Position numbers and translations under genes: made by a program
Part shown: piece by piece, positions 35,411 to 45,860 of the stretch
How the letters are laid out: each line of letters begins with the position of its first letter
How positions within the stretch are numbered: position 1 is the first letter of the stretch
Assembly: GCA_051866635.1 (NCBI GenBank)
Contig: JBJDXJ010000022.1
Coordinates: 1-51,816, forward strand
Source of the DNA: Clostridia bacterium
GTDB taxonomy: Bacteria; Bacillota; Clostridia; UMGS1883
DNA: 51,816 nucleotides
Reading direction: 5' to 3'
The notes under the pieces: model-generated
What the model was told of the DNA's origin: nothing
The model's input: only the letters and a program-made list of their open reading frames with translations
The model's database searches: none

Positions 35411-37702
35411 TTAAAGTCCTGTGTCAGATAACTGGGGAGAATTAGGCAATGTTTGCAATATGTCTGAATTGTCAGGAGGAGTGACATTTGAGTTGTTTTG
35501 AGTTGAGTCATATATAGGCACATCATTGGGGGTATAAATTGTGTCCGGATAAGAGTTTACATTTTCGGTAGGCTCATAATAATTTCTTAAGTTATCCTCG
35601 CCCATGTCAATCTCCTTATGAATAGTACATCTGGTAGTTGGTCTTGCACTTTCCGAATAATCCCCATGTGCTAAACTTTCACATGTTGAATTGGGGAGAA
35701 GACCGCTTTGTGCACATAAAAGAACCTTACTTGTAGCACCGAGTGTGTTAAAGTCTTTATAAGGCAGATTAGAGTGGATTTGTTCCATAACACCCTTCCA
35801 TACCTTTGCAGAAGGATTACCGGAAATACCTCGAAGGCTCTTGGGTGTGTCATAACCATACCAAACAGCACCAACATAATAGGGGGTATATCCTACAAAC
35901 CAACGGTCATAGTTGTTACTTGTTGTACCTGTCTTACCTGCGGAAGGCATAGAAGAAAGCCGTGCTGAAGTTCCTGTGCCGCTCGTAACAACACCTTGGA
36001 GCATCTGTGTCATTGTGACAGCTGTAGTTTCGCTGATTGCAGGCTGAGCTTTAGGCGTTCTTTCCAAAATAACCTCACCTGAAGGGTCCAAAACCTTTGT
36101 ATAGAAGGAAGGTTCATAATATGATCCTTTAGATGCAAAAGGTACATAAGCCGCCGCCATTTCAAGAACGCTGACACCGTCTGTGAGACCGCCAAGACCA
36201 ATGGAAGCAAAACCTTTATCGGAAAAAACCTTACCGTTTTCTTCACGTGATTCAACAAGGGAAGAAATATGCATGTTTTTGGTCAAAAAGCTGAATGAAC
36301 GTTCCAATCCCACACGTTGTAAAATCTTTACGGCAGGAACATTTCTTGAGCCTGCAAGTGCAGATGCAACCGTTATATTGCCTCTGAAACTTCTGTCGTC
36401 GTTTCTTGGGGACCAATCACCTATTGTTACGGGAGTATCTGAAACGATAGTCTGTGGAGTTACAAGGCCATATTCAACTGCAGGAGCATAGATAGCAATT
36501 GGCTTTATGGAACTACCGGGCTGGCGAAGGGTCTGTGTGGCACGGTTAAGTGTTCTCGATGCTTCCTTTACGCCTCGTCCACCTACAACACCTGCAACAT
36601 AACCTGTTGTGGGGTCAATTACTACCATGGAGGACTGAACAATTGTATCACCGCTTGTTTTTGGAAAATTATCTAAATTAGCGTAATAAGCATCCATTAT
36701 CGATTGAACGTTAGTGTTCATAGCGGAGTAAATTTTAAAACCGCCACAGTAAAGAAGTTTTTCAGCAATTGCCTTTGTGTAGCCTTTCTGTTCAACCAAA
36801 TCATTTACAATCTGGTCGATAAGAGCATCTGTATAGTAGCTTGTAGTTGAGCTGTAGCCTGTAGATTCCTCCTTTGCGACAGTTACAACCTCTGTTGCCT
36901 TTGCCTCGGCATATTCGGGATAAGTGATATATCCAAGCTCGTACATCTTATTTAAAATAACATCACGACGCTGGCGGTTATTTTCAGGGTTACGCTTGGG
37001 GTCATATTTTGTGGGGAACTGAGTAATAGCGGCGATTGTGGCACATTCGGAAAGTGTTAATTCGCTAAGCTCCTTATTAAAATAAACCTTTGAAGCACTT
37101 TTTACGCCGTTACACTGCTGGGAAAGATATATTGTGTTTAGATAAAGCTCCAATATTTCATCCTTGTCAATTTCCTGCTCCAGCTTATATGCACGGTAAA
37201 TTTCCTGGATTTTACGGTCAATGGAATAATCATCTTCACCTGTTATATTTTTTATAAGCTGTTGAGTAATTGTACTGCCCCCGTAGGTTGATTCGGAGCT
37301 ACCGGTAATCTTCTGCTGTATATAACCGATTGCCGCGCCTACGGTACGCTTAATGTCAAAACCCTTGTGTGTGTAAAACCTTTCGTCTTCGATTGCAACA
37401 AATGCGTTCTTTAAATGGTCAGGGATTTCCTCAAGGTCTGCCCAGACACGGTTTTCTTCATCATAAAGAACTTCCAACTGATGTTCCGTTCCGTATTCAT
37501 CAACTGCATATACAAAGCTTGTTAAATTTACGCTCATCTGCTTTAAATCAAGAAGTTCAATATTGTCAATATAACCCACCAATGAGCCAAATATAACACC
37601 GCCTGCAATGGTAATCAAAACCAGAAACAGAACACATAATACTTTCAGTGTCATAAAAAGTCCGGATAAAAACTTATTTCGCTGTTTTTTCTTCTTAGCC
37701 AT
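35411..37702 (-). CDS. Class A penicillin-binding protein (PBP1A family, transglycosylase-transpeptidase)
   Basis: AIEDERFYTHKG, GGSTITQQLIKN, RKIQE; transpeptidase SSIK, SRN, KTGT; N-terminal TM helix. Confidence 0.93.
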   Translation of the reverse strand: MAKKKKQRNKFLSGLFMTLKVLCVLFLVLITIAGGVIFGSLVGYIDNIELLDLKQMSVNLTSFVYAVDEYGTEHQLEVLYDEENRVWADLEEIPDHLKNAFVAIEDERFYTHKGFDIKRTVGAAIGYIQQKITGSSESTYGGSTITQQLIKNITGEDDYSIDRKIQEIYRAYKLEQEIDKDEILELYLNTIYLSQQCNGVKSASKVYFNKELSELTLSECATIAAITQFPTKYDPKRNPENNRQRRDVILNKMYELGYITYPEYAEAKATEVVTVAKEESTGYSSTTSYYTDALIDQIVNDLVEQKGYTKAIAEKLLYCGGFKIYSAMNTNVQSIMDAYYANLDNFPKTSGDTIVQSSMVVIDPTTGYVAGVVGGRGVKEASRTLNRATQTLRQPGSSIKPIAIYAPAVEYGLVTPQTIVSDTPVTIGDWSPRNDDRSFRGNITVASALAGSRNVPAVKILQRVGLERSFSFLTKNMHISSLVESREENGKVFSDKGFASIGLGGLTDGVSVLEMAAAYVPFASKGSYYEPSFYTKVLDPSGEVILERTPKAQPAISETTAVTMTQMLQGVVTSGTGTSARLSSMPSAGKTGTTSNNYDRWFVGYTPYYVGAVWYGYDTPKSLRGISGNPSAKVWKGVMEQIHSNLPYKDFNTLGATSKVLLCAQSGLLPNSTCESLAHGDYSESARPTTRCTIHKEIDMGEDNLRNYYEPTENVNSYPDTIYTPNDVPIYDSTQNNSNVTPPDNSDILQTLPNSPQLSDTGL

Positions 37703-37856
37703 ATATAACAGTCCTTTCAGAACAAAATTACATAATACACTATTCTAATTATACATTAAAAGAATTAAAAAAGTATTACAAATTCGCTCTTTTTGAATAT
37801 AAAAATGAATTTTTGCGAAAAATATTCACAAAAGATAAAAGAAGGGCTTTGAAAAT

Positions 37857-38231
37857 ATGAGAAAGGGACTATGGTTTGGTGCAATTTGCGTTATTGCATT
37901 TATAGGCGGAATAACTGCCGGATTTATAAGTTCAAGAATTAGTCTCAAGGAACCTATTCATGCCACGGAAGAAAGGGTTGAGGCTGTAAATAATGAAGAA
38001 GAAACACTGCCACATACAGTTACCAAAGAAACGGACTACTATTACGTGTGTATAGAAGGCGAGTCATTAGTTGTTTTTGAGGTGTTTGACGATAATACAC
38101 AAGAAGAAATCGGACGCACTTTTGTAGAATATGCCAACATTCCCCAAAGTGATAAAGTCGCCCTTTCAGAGGGGATTGCCTTTGAAGAAAGGGAAGAGGC
38201 CCTTATGTTAATTGAGGACTTTGTAAGCTGA
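37857..38231 (+). CDS. Small membrane-anchored protein, BofC C-terminal-like
   Basis: N-terminal TM; C-terminus LSEGIAFEEREEALMLIEDFVS resembles BofC_C. Confidence 0.55.
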   Translation: MRKGLWFGAICVIAFIGGITAGFISSRISLKEPIHATEERVEAVNNEEETLPHTVTKETDYYYVCIEGESLVVFEVFDDNTQEEIGRTFVEYANIPQSDKVALSEGIAFEEREEALMLIEDFVS

Positions 38232-38233
38232 AG

Positions 38234-38346
38234 AACAAAGTGTCTCCTCGCTTTTGGCAATAGTTGCCTTTAAAGCGAACAGAGGAGAAAACACTTTGTT
38301 ACGCCATGTGCGTTTTCCGAGCTGTTCAAGGAAATTCTCACACGGC
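38234..38346. other. Structured intergenic element (two long hairpins)
   Basis: Hairpin 1: AACAAAGTGT/ACACTTTGTT, CTCCTC/GAGGAG, CGCTTT/AAAGCG, GGCAA/TTGCC. Hairpin 2: GCCATGTG/CACACGGC. Confidence 0.5.
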
Positions 38347-38353
38347 AATAGAA

Positions 38354-38397
38354 AAAAATACGTCTATGATATACAGAAATATCATAGACGTATTTTT
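38354..38397. terminator. Bidirectional intrinsic terminator
   Basis: AAAAATACGTCTATGATAT-ACAGAA-ATATCATAGACGTATTTTT. Confidence 0.88.
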
Positions 38398-38413
38398 AAG
38401 TTATTGAAATTTT

Positions 38414-38695
38414 TCAAAATACTTTTTTGTATCCGCCGCTTCCCTTGGATAAACATCTGCTGACACGGGAAATGGTTGCTGTAGAAGCACCCGTATGCTC
38501 TGTAATCTGAACAAAGGATTGACCTTCGTTCAACATTTTTGCAACCTGAAGCCTTTGTGCCATAGCGTGAAGCTCCTTAACGGAACAAATGTCCTCAAAA
38601 AAAGCACGGCAGTCGGAAGGGGAGCTGAGTTTTGAAATTGCTTCATATAACAGACCGATTTCATCAGTATAAATTTTGTCAGTATTACTGTTCAT
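38414..38695 (-). CDS. yerC: YerC/YecD (TrpR-like) regulator, probable HisR
   Basis: LYEAI..L..CRAFFEDICSVKEL.AMAQRLQVAKML, TGASTATISRVSRCL..GSGGY. Confidence 0.9.
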   Translation of the reverse strand: MNSNTDKIYTDEIGLLYEAISKLSSPSDCRAFFEDICSVKELHAMAQRLQVAKMLNEGQSFVQITEHTGASTATISRVSRCLSKGSGGYKKVF

Positions 38696-38702
38696 ATCAC
38701 AC

Positions 38703-39482
38703 CTACATGAGCTTTGTCAAGAACGCTTTTGTTCTTGGATTTTTCGGGTTTTTAAGGACTTCGTCAGGGGTGCCTTCTTCCGCTATTATACCTTTATCCA
38801 TGAAAATTACCTTGTCACTTACAGAGTAAGCAAAGTCAATTTCATGGGTAACTATAACCATGGTAATATGTTCTGCCGCCAATTGACGTATAACCTTTAA
38901 AATTTCGCCCGTAAGCTCCGGGTCAAGAGCACTTGTAGGTTCGTCAAAGAAAAGTATACGAGGCTTTAACGCCAAAGCACGTGCAATTGAAACACGTTGC
39001 TTCTGACCGCCTGACAATTGGCAAGGATAGCTTGACAGTTTTTCTGAAAGACCTACGCTGTCAAGTATCTTTTTTGCGTTTTCTTCTATTTCTGCAATAA
39101 TCTCTTTTTTGCGTGCTTTGTAATCAGGACGCTTTTTTGCCAGAAGACGGGGGGCCAATGTTACATTGTCAAGAACGCTGTACTGAGGAAAGAGGTTAAA
39201 ATCCTGGAAAACCAAACCGAAGTTAAGCTGTTTTTCACGGATTTGGGATGGGGACATCTTTTCCTTAGAGTTTGCATCAAAAAGGAGCTTTCCGTCAAGA
39301 TAAACCTCACCGCCGTCGGCAATTTCCAGAAAGTTAATACAACGTAAAAGAGTTGTTTTACCACTGCCTGAAGACCCGATTACAGAAACAACCTGACCTT
39401 CCTCCATGGAAAAATTAATATCTTCCAAAACCCTTGTTTTACCGAAGTGTTTTGAAAGGTTATTTACTTCTAAAATTTTCAT
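38703..39482 (-). CDS. Polar amino acid ABC transporter ATP-binding protein
   Basis: GSSGSGKTT, VFQDFNLFP, LSGGQKQRV, FDEPTSALDPEL. Confidence 0.93.
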   Translation of the reverse strand: MKILEVNNLSKHFGKTRVLEDINFSMEEGQVVSVIGSSGSGKTTLLRCINFLEIADGGEVYLDGKLLFDANSKEKMSPSQIREKQLNFGLVFQDFNLFPQYSVLDNVTLAPRLLAKKRPDYKARKKEIIAEIEENAKKILDSVGLSEKLSSYPCQLSGGQKQRVSIARALALKPRILFFDEPTSALDPELTGEILKVIRQLAAEHITMVIVTHEIDFAYSVSDKVIFMDKGIIAEEGTPDEVLKNPKNPRTKAFLTKLM

Positions 39483-39492
39483 ATCTTATACC

Positions 39493-40149
39493 TCAATTAA
39501 AGTAACTTAATTTCTTTTCAATAGCTCTGAAAATAACTGTTAAAATTCCGCAGAACAAAAGATAGAAAAGACCCGAATAGAACAAAGGCCATAAGATATG
39601 GTCACTTGCCATGAAACGCTTAGCATTCCAGGTGATTTCATAAATCATAATTGTGTTTGCAAGGGCGGTATCTTTAACAAGGGTTATAAATTCGTTGCTC
39701 ATAGGGGGAACAATGTGCTTTACAACTTGTAAAAGAACAACCTTGAAAAATGCCTGAGATTTTGTCATCCCTAAAACCTGGCAGGCTTCATACTGACCCT
39801 TGGGAACAGATTCTATGCCGCCGCGGAAAATTTCAGAAAAATAGCAGGAATAGTTGAGAACAAAGGCTATCATTACAGCTACAAAGGTATTCATACCACG
39901 AATACCGATAAAGCCGGGTCCCAACCCGAAAAGAATAAGCTGAAGCATAAGGGGAGTACCTCTTATAATCCAGATTAAAAATCTTATGGGCAATCTTATT
40001 ATAAAGAGCTTGCTTCTTGAGCCGAATGACAGTATAAGCCCCAACGGCAGAGCCAGTAAAAGGGTGAGGGCAAAAATCTTAAAAGTAACACCTAATCCGT
40101 CCAGTAAGCTCAACGTAACAGGAACAAAAAGTTCAATAAATTTTGACAT
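39493..40149 (-). CDS. Polar amino acid ABC transporter permease
   Basis: IRGTPLMLQL, YFSEIFRGGIESVPKGQYEA, LVKDTAL. Confidence 0.93.
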   Translation of the reverse strand: MSKFIELFVPVTLSLLDGLGVTFKIFALTLLLALPLGLILSFGSRSKLFIIRLPIRFLIWIIRGTPLMLQLILFGLGPGFIGIRGMNTFVAVMIAFVLNYSCYFSEIFRGGIESVPKGQYEACQVLGMTKSQAFFKVVLLQVVKHIVPPMSNEFITLVKDTALANTIMIYEITWNAKRFMASDHILWPLFYSGLFYLLFCGILTVIFRAIEKKLSYFN

Positions 40150-40184
40150 AGCTACACCTTTAAGTAAAAATACTTTATATAGTT

Positions 40185-40212
40185 TAAAAGGCAGATATCA
40201 ATCTGCCTTTTA
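40185..40212 (-). terminator. Stem-loop after the substrate-binding gene
   Basis: TAAAAGGCAGAT-ATCA-ATCTGCCTTTTA. Confidence 0.65.
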
Positions 40213-40237
40213 GTATTATTAATATGAATTAATCAAA

Positions 40238-41032
40238 TCAGAATGCGAGGTTAAGGTCATACTTTTCAGCAAGTGCTGTAAGTGTACCGTCAGCATAAAG
40301 CTCATCAATTGCACCGTTTACAGCATCACAAAGTTCTGTGTCGGAAAGGCGGAAACCGATACCGTATTCTTCGCTTGTAAGTTCGATGGAGTATGTAAGA
40401 GAATCAAAGTCTGTGCCTTCAGCTGTCATAGCCTTTGCCATTGTAATGTCGATTACGCAAGCGTCAGCCTGGCCGCCCATAACTGCCAATACAGCATCTG
40501 TCTGAGCCGCAACGGGTGCATAGTTAGCATCAAGACCGTTGTCCTTGATTGCTTCTTCGCCTGCAGAACCTGCTTCAGCGGCAAACTTCAAGCCCTTAAG
40601 GCTTTCAACGTCAGCATAGTTTTCAATAACGTCCTTGTTCATAACAACAACCTGTGCGTTCTTTACATAAGCCTTAGATACAAGACAGTTGCTTTTAACT
40701 TCGTCGGAAATTGTCATACCGTTCCAAATGCAGTCAAACTGGTCTGCATCAAGTGTTACAAACTTTGTGTCCCAGTTGATTTCAACAAATTCGGGTTCAT
40801 AGTTAAGCTTTTCACAAACAGCTTCTGCAAATTCTGTGTCGAAACCTGTAAGAGTGCCGTCTTCCATGTAGTTCATGGGTTCGTAAATTGTGTAGCCGAT
40901 AACAAGCTTTTCTTTTTCGACAGCTTCTGTTACATCTGTAGGTTCTGCCACGGCGTCAGAGTTGCCGCCGCCACATGCCGCAAGAGCGAACATAAGGCAA
41001 AGTGCCATAATAAGTGATAAAGTTTTTTTCAT
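40238..41032 (-). CDS. Polar amino acid ABC transporter substrate-binding lipoprotein (possibly histidine)
   Basis: Lipobox LAAC, GFDTEFA, EINWDTK, DCIWNGMTI, EEYGIGFR. Confidence 0.9.
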   Translation of the reverse strand: MKKTLSLIMALCLMFALAACGGGNSDAVAEPTDVTEAVEKEKLVIGYTIYEPMNYMEDGTLTGFDTEFAEAVCEKLNYEPEFVEINWDTKFVTLDADQFDCIWNGMTISDEVKSNCLVSKAYVKNAQVVVMNKDVIENYADVESLKGLKFAAEAGSAGEEAIKDNGLDANYAPVAAQTDAVLAVMGGQADACVIDITMAKAMTAEGTDFDSLTYSIELTSEEYGIGFRLSDTELCDAVNGAIDELYADGTLTALAEKYDLNLAF

Positions 41033-41084
41033 GGTAAATTCCTCCAAGATTTAAATAAATTAGTCTTTTAAAAACTATGTTGCC

Positions 41085-41113
41085 ATTGTAACACTTTAGC
41101 AAACTAAAGTCAA
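41085..41113 (-). promoter_or_regulatory. Sigma-A promoter with an embedded HisR/YerC-type palindromic operator
   Basis: TTGACT-17-TACAAT (with TG); palindrome ACTTTAG-CAAA-CTAAAGT at 41093-41110 spans the spacer and part of the -35. Confidence 0.75.
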
Positions 41114-41138
41114 GTCCTTTTTTTGAAAATTTATATGT

Positions 41139-41178
41139 AAAAAACATACGCCATTTCTGACTCTCAAAAATGGCGTAT
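41139..41178 (-). terminator. Intrinsic terminator after ilvC
   Basis: Minus strand ATACGCCATTTTTGA-GAG-TCAGAAATGGCGTAT followed by GTTTTTT. Confidence 0.8.
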
Positions 41179-41192
41179 AATATGGTTTTTAA

Positions 41193-42759
<1,567 letters not shown>

Positions 42760-42762
42760 GGT

Positions 42763-44433
42763 TTAGTCCTCCTTCTTCATAATAATATCTGAAATTGAGC
42801 CGTTAGCGGGAATCATGGGAAGAACAAATTCATCCGAGTCAATACGGCAGTCAATAAGAGAAAAACCTTCGGATTTGAAAGCCTTATCGCAAGCCTCTTT
42901 AAGCTCTTTTGGTGTTGTGGCAACAAAGCCTTCTCCGCCCATAGCTTCAGCTAAAGCCTTATAATTGGTTGCTCTGTCCAGCGTTGTCTGTGAATAGTGC
43001 TTATCATAGAAAACAGTCTGCCACTGACGAACCATACCCAAAACATTATTATTCATAAGAATAATCTTAACGGGAAGGTTGTATTTGGCACATGTTGCAA
43101 GCTCGTTAAAATTCATATGGAAGCTACCGTCACCTGTAACCATAACTGTCATTTCTTTATTATTGGCAATACAAGCACCGATTGCGGCACCTAAGCCGAA
43201 GCCCATTGTACCTAAGCCGCCGCTTGTAATAAGCGTTCTGGGCTGCATAAAGTCATAAAACTGCGTAACCCACATCTGGTGCTGACCAACATCGGTTGCA
43301 ACTGCGGTGGAATCCTTTGTGTGATTACGGACTTCTTCCAGAACAACCTTAGGATTCATATCGTGCTGCTTAGTAATGCGGGACGCTTCAAGGTCCTTGT
43401 ATTCCTGAATTTCCTTTTCCCATTCATCGTGAACCATGGGCTCAAGGCTATCGGTAAGTCTTTCAAGGATTCTGTCAAGTGAACCCACAATACCCACATT
43501 ACAGGGGATATTCTTATTGATTTCAGCTTCGTCGATATCAATATGTATAATCTTAGCTTTGGGACAGAACTTCACCTTGTTGCCTGTTGCACGGTCGGAA
43601 AAACGTGTGCCTATGGCAATGATAAGGTCTGCGGAATACATGGATTTTGTGGCGGCAAATCTGCCGTGCATACCAACCATGCCTACAAAGCCCTTAAAAT
43701 CACGGGGAACTGCTGAAATACCCATCATACTTGTACCGATTGGAGCGTCAATCCTTTCAGCGAACTTTAAAAGTGCGGGAGAAGTATCAGAAAGAACAAC
43801 ACCGCCACCTGCGAAGATAAAAGGCTTCTTAGCCTTTTTAATAAGTTCAATCGAAGCTTCAACGTCCTTTTCTTCATACATAGGAGCAGGAAGATAGGGA
43901 ACGGGAGAAGAAGGCTCATATTCACAAACATCGTTTTGGATGTTCTTGGGAATATCAATAAGCACAGGACCGGGACGACCGCTTTTTGCAAGCTGAAAAG
44001 CTTCCCTTACAGTGTCTGCCAGCTCTTTTACATCCTTGACTATGTAGTTATGCTTTGTAATAGGCATCGTAACACCTGTGATGTCAACTTCCTGGAAACT
44101 GTCCTTGCCAAGCAAGCTCATGCCAACGTTGCCTGTAATTGCAACCATGGGAGTAGAGTCAAGAAATGCTGTTGCAATACCGGTAACAAGGTTTGTGGCA
44201 CCGGGTCCTGAGGTCGCCAATACGACGCCCACCTTGCCCGAAGCACGTGCAAAGCCGTCAGCGGCATGGGATGCACCCTGTTCATGGCTTGTAATATAGT
44301 GAGTGATTTTATCACTACGCTGGTAAAGTGCTTCGTAAATATCCAGAACGGCACCGCCCGGATATCCGAAAATTGTGTCAACGCCTTGTTCAATCAGTGT
44401 TTCAACAAGAATCTGTGAACCTTTAAGTTGCAT
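42763..44433 (-). CDS. ilvB: Acetolactate synthase large subunit
   Basis: FGYPGGAVL, HEQGASHAADG, TSGPGATN, DVGQHQMW, GDGSF..NN TPP motif. RBS GGAGG before ATG 44433. Confidence 0.97.
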   Translation of the reverse strand: MQLKGSQILVETLIEQGVDTIFGYPGGAVLDIYEALYQRSDKITHYITSHEQGASHAADGFARASGKVGVVLATSGPGATNLVTGIATAFLDSTPMVAITGNVGMSLLGKDSFQEVDITGVTMPITKHNYIVKDVKELADTVREAFQLAKSGRPGPVLIDIPKNIQNDVCEYEPSSPVPYLPAPMYEEKDVEASIELIKKAKKPFIFAGGGVVLSDTSPALLKFAERIDAPIGTSMMGISAVPRDFKGFVGMVGMHGRFAATKSMYSADLIIAIGTRFSDRATGNKVKFCPKAKIIHIDIDEAEINKNIPCNVGIVGSLDRILERLTDSLEPMVHDEWEKEIQEYKDLEASRITKQHDMNPKVVLEEVRNHTKDSTAVATDVGQHQMWVTQFYDFMQPRTLITSGGLGTMGFGLGAAIGACIANNKEMTVMVTGDGSFHMNFNELATCAKYNLPVKIILMNNNVLGMVRQWQTVFYDKHYSQTTLDRATNYKALAEAMGGEGFVATTPKELKEACDKAFKSEGFSLIDCRIDSDEFVLPMIPANGSISDIIMKKED

Positions 44434-44454
44434 AGAAAAAACACCTCCGAATAT

Positions 44455-44487
44455 AAATAAAACCTTGCAGAACATCCTGCAAGGTTA
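44455..44487 (-). terminator. Attenuator terminator in the ilvB leader
   Basis: Minus strand AACCTTGCAGGATGTTCTGCAAGGTT hairpin followed by TTATTT, located between the promoter and the ilvB RBS. Confidence 0.8.
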
Positions 44488-44499
44488 AAAAAATAATCA

Positions 44500-44616
44500 T
44501 CAGAGTGAAATGATATTTGATAAGCCTGCCTGATGTGCATCAAAAGAAACGCCGATTGCTAGTATAAGCACGACGCAGCTTATAATGACAAGTGCAGTAA
44601 ATATCGTCAATATCAT
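44500..44616 (-). CDS. Putative ilv leader peptide (38 aa, Ile/Leu/Val-rich)
   Basis: MILTIFTALVIISCVVLILAIGVSFDAHQAGLSNIISL*; RBS AAAGAGG 7 nt upstream; 18 of 38 codons encode I/L/V. Confidence 0.7.
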   Translation of the reverse strand: MILTIFTALVIISCVVLILAIGVSFDAHQAGLSNIISL

Positions 44617-44655
44617 ACATAAACCTCTTTCTGAATAATTTTTAATTTGTCGTTA

Positions 44656-44684
44656 ATTGTACCACTGAAATATTTATTTGTCAA
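44656..44684 (-). promoter_or_regulatory. Sigma-A promoter of the leader-ilvBNC transcript
   Basis: TTGACA-17 nt-TACAAT with TG. Confidence 0.75.
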
Positions 44685-44733
44685 CTGTAAAATTCTAAAA
44701 AATCTATAATTCTTTATAATAATACAATAATCC

Positions 44734-44762
44734 TTGCCAATTTGCAAAATGTATTTTATAAT
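44734..44762 (+). promoter_or_regulatory. Putative sigma-A promoter of the acyltransferase gene
   Basis: TTGCCA-17 nt-TATAAT. Confidence 0.6.
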
Positions 44763-44795
44763 GAAGAAAGCAAGTGTAAAAAGAGAGGAACAGCT

Positions 44796-45851
44796 ATGAA
44801 AAAGAAATTCGAAAATTATATACCCTATGCTGATGTAACAAGAATTCTTGCGGCATTTATGGTTGTGATGCTTCATGTGTCGGGGATAAGGCTTATATCA
44901 TACCCTGTGGGAAGCGAGAATTTTATGTGGGCGGCATTTTTTGACTGTCTTTGCCGTTGGACTGTTCCGGGGTTTATAATGCTCAGCGGTATGCTTTTTC
45001 TGGATAAAAAGAAAAAAGTGTCAATTAAAACACTGTACACAAAAAACATTTTAAGGCTTGTGACCGCTTTTGTTTTCTGGTCATATCTTTATAATTTTTA
45101 TGCATATTTTGTACAGCTTCACGATATTAAACAGGCTGGGATAAAGGCTTTAATAAATATGCCAAACGGTGCAATGCATCTGTGGTTTATATTTATTATG
45201 ATAGGTCTTTATATTATAGTACCATTTTTAAAACGTATGTGTGAGCATATGACAAAGGGTGAGGCGGAATATTTCATCTTGTTAAGTATTATAATTACAT
45301 TTTTGCCGAAAACACTGTCCTCTTTTGAAGTATTTAAGCCTTTCTTGGAATACATAGCAAAGTTTGAAATTAATCTGGCGGCAGGATACTCCGGGCTTTT
45401 TGTGGCAGGCTGGTACATAAATAACTTCGAACATAAAAAGAGTTTCAGATATGTCAGTTACTCTTTGGGTATAGCGGGGTTTTTATACATGTTTTTCACA
45501 ACTGTGTATTTTTCAATGGAAAGAAAAGCCCTTTGCGATGAATTTATGAGCTTTAAAAGCATAAGTGCATTTTTGATGGCATTTGCGGTTGTTCTTTGGC
45601 TTAAAAGTGCTTTTTCGGGAAAAACCTTTAGCAGACGTGCTGTTTCAAACCTGAGCTTTTATTCCAAATATACCTTCGGTATTTATCTTGTTCATGAAAT
45701 GTTTTTGAACATTTCTTCCGCAAAGGGCTGGTTTGTATTTGCCAATATGCCTTATATAGGCATACCTTTGGAAGGCATGCTTGTATTTGTTTTAAGTGCT
45801 GTTGTTACAGGTATTATTGTGTGGCTACCCTTTGGTAAATACATATCTTAG
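44796..45851 (+). CDS. Membrane-bound acyltransferase family 3 (surface polysaccharide O-acyltransferase-like)
   Basis: DVTRILAAFMVVMLH, VPGFIMLSG, HLWFIFIMIGLY, TFGIYLVH; about 10 TM segments. Confidence 0.85.
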   Translation: MKKKFENYIPYADVTRILAAFMVVMLHVSGIRLISYPVGSENFMWAAFFDCLCRWTVPGFIMLSGMLFLDKKKKVSIKTLYTKNILRLVTAFVFWSYLYNFYAYFVQLHDIKQAGIKALINMPNGAMHLWFIFIMIGLYIIVPFLKRMCEHMTKGEAEYFILLSIIITFLPKTLSSFEVFKPFLEYIAKFEINLAAGYSGLFVAGWYINNFEHKKSFRYVSYSLGIAGFLYMFFTTVYFSMERKALCDEFMSFKSISAFLMAFAVVLWLKSAFSGKTFSRRAVSNLSFYSKYTFGIYLVHEMFLNISSAKGWFVFANMPYIGIPLEGMLVFVLSAVVTGIIVWLPFGKYIS

Positions 45852-45860
45852 GAGATTATT

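Noticed and set aside
37813-37831. Rex-like site TTGCGAA-AAATA-TTCACAA
   Set aside because: The spacer is 5 nt rather than 4, and the flanking genes (PBP1A, BofC-like) are not redox genes.
38229-38300. UGA followed by a hairpin as a selenocysteine/SECIS signal
   Set aside because: Readthrough adds only 13 codons before TAA, and the protein already ends at a plausible family C-terminus.
44540-44620. Alternative 26-aa leader ORF from ATG 44620 (MYDIDDIYCTCHY...)
   Set aside because: Only 3 nt from the RBS and not enriched in BCAA codons; the ATG 44616 frame fits better.
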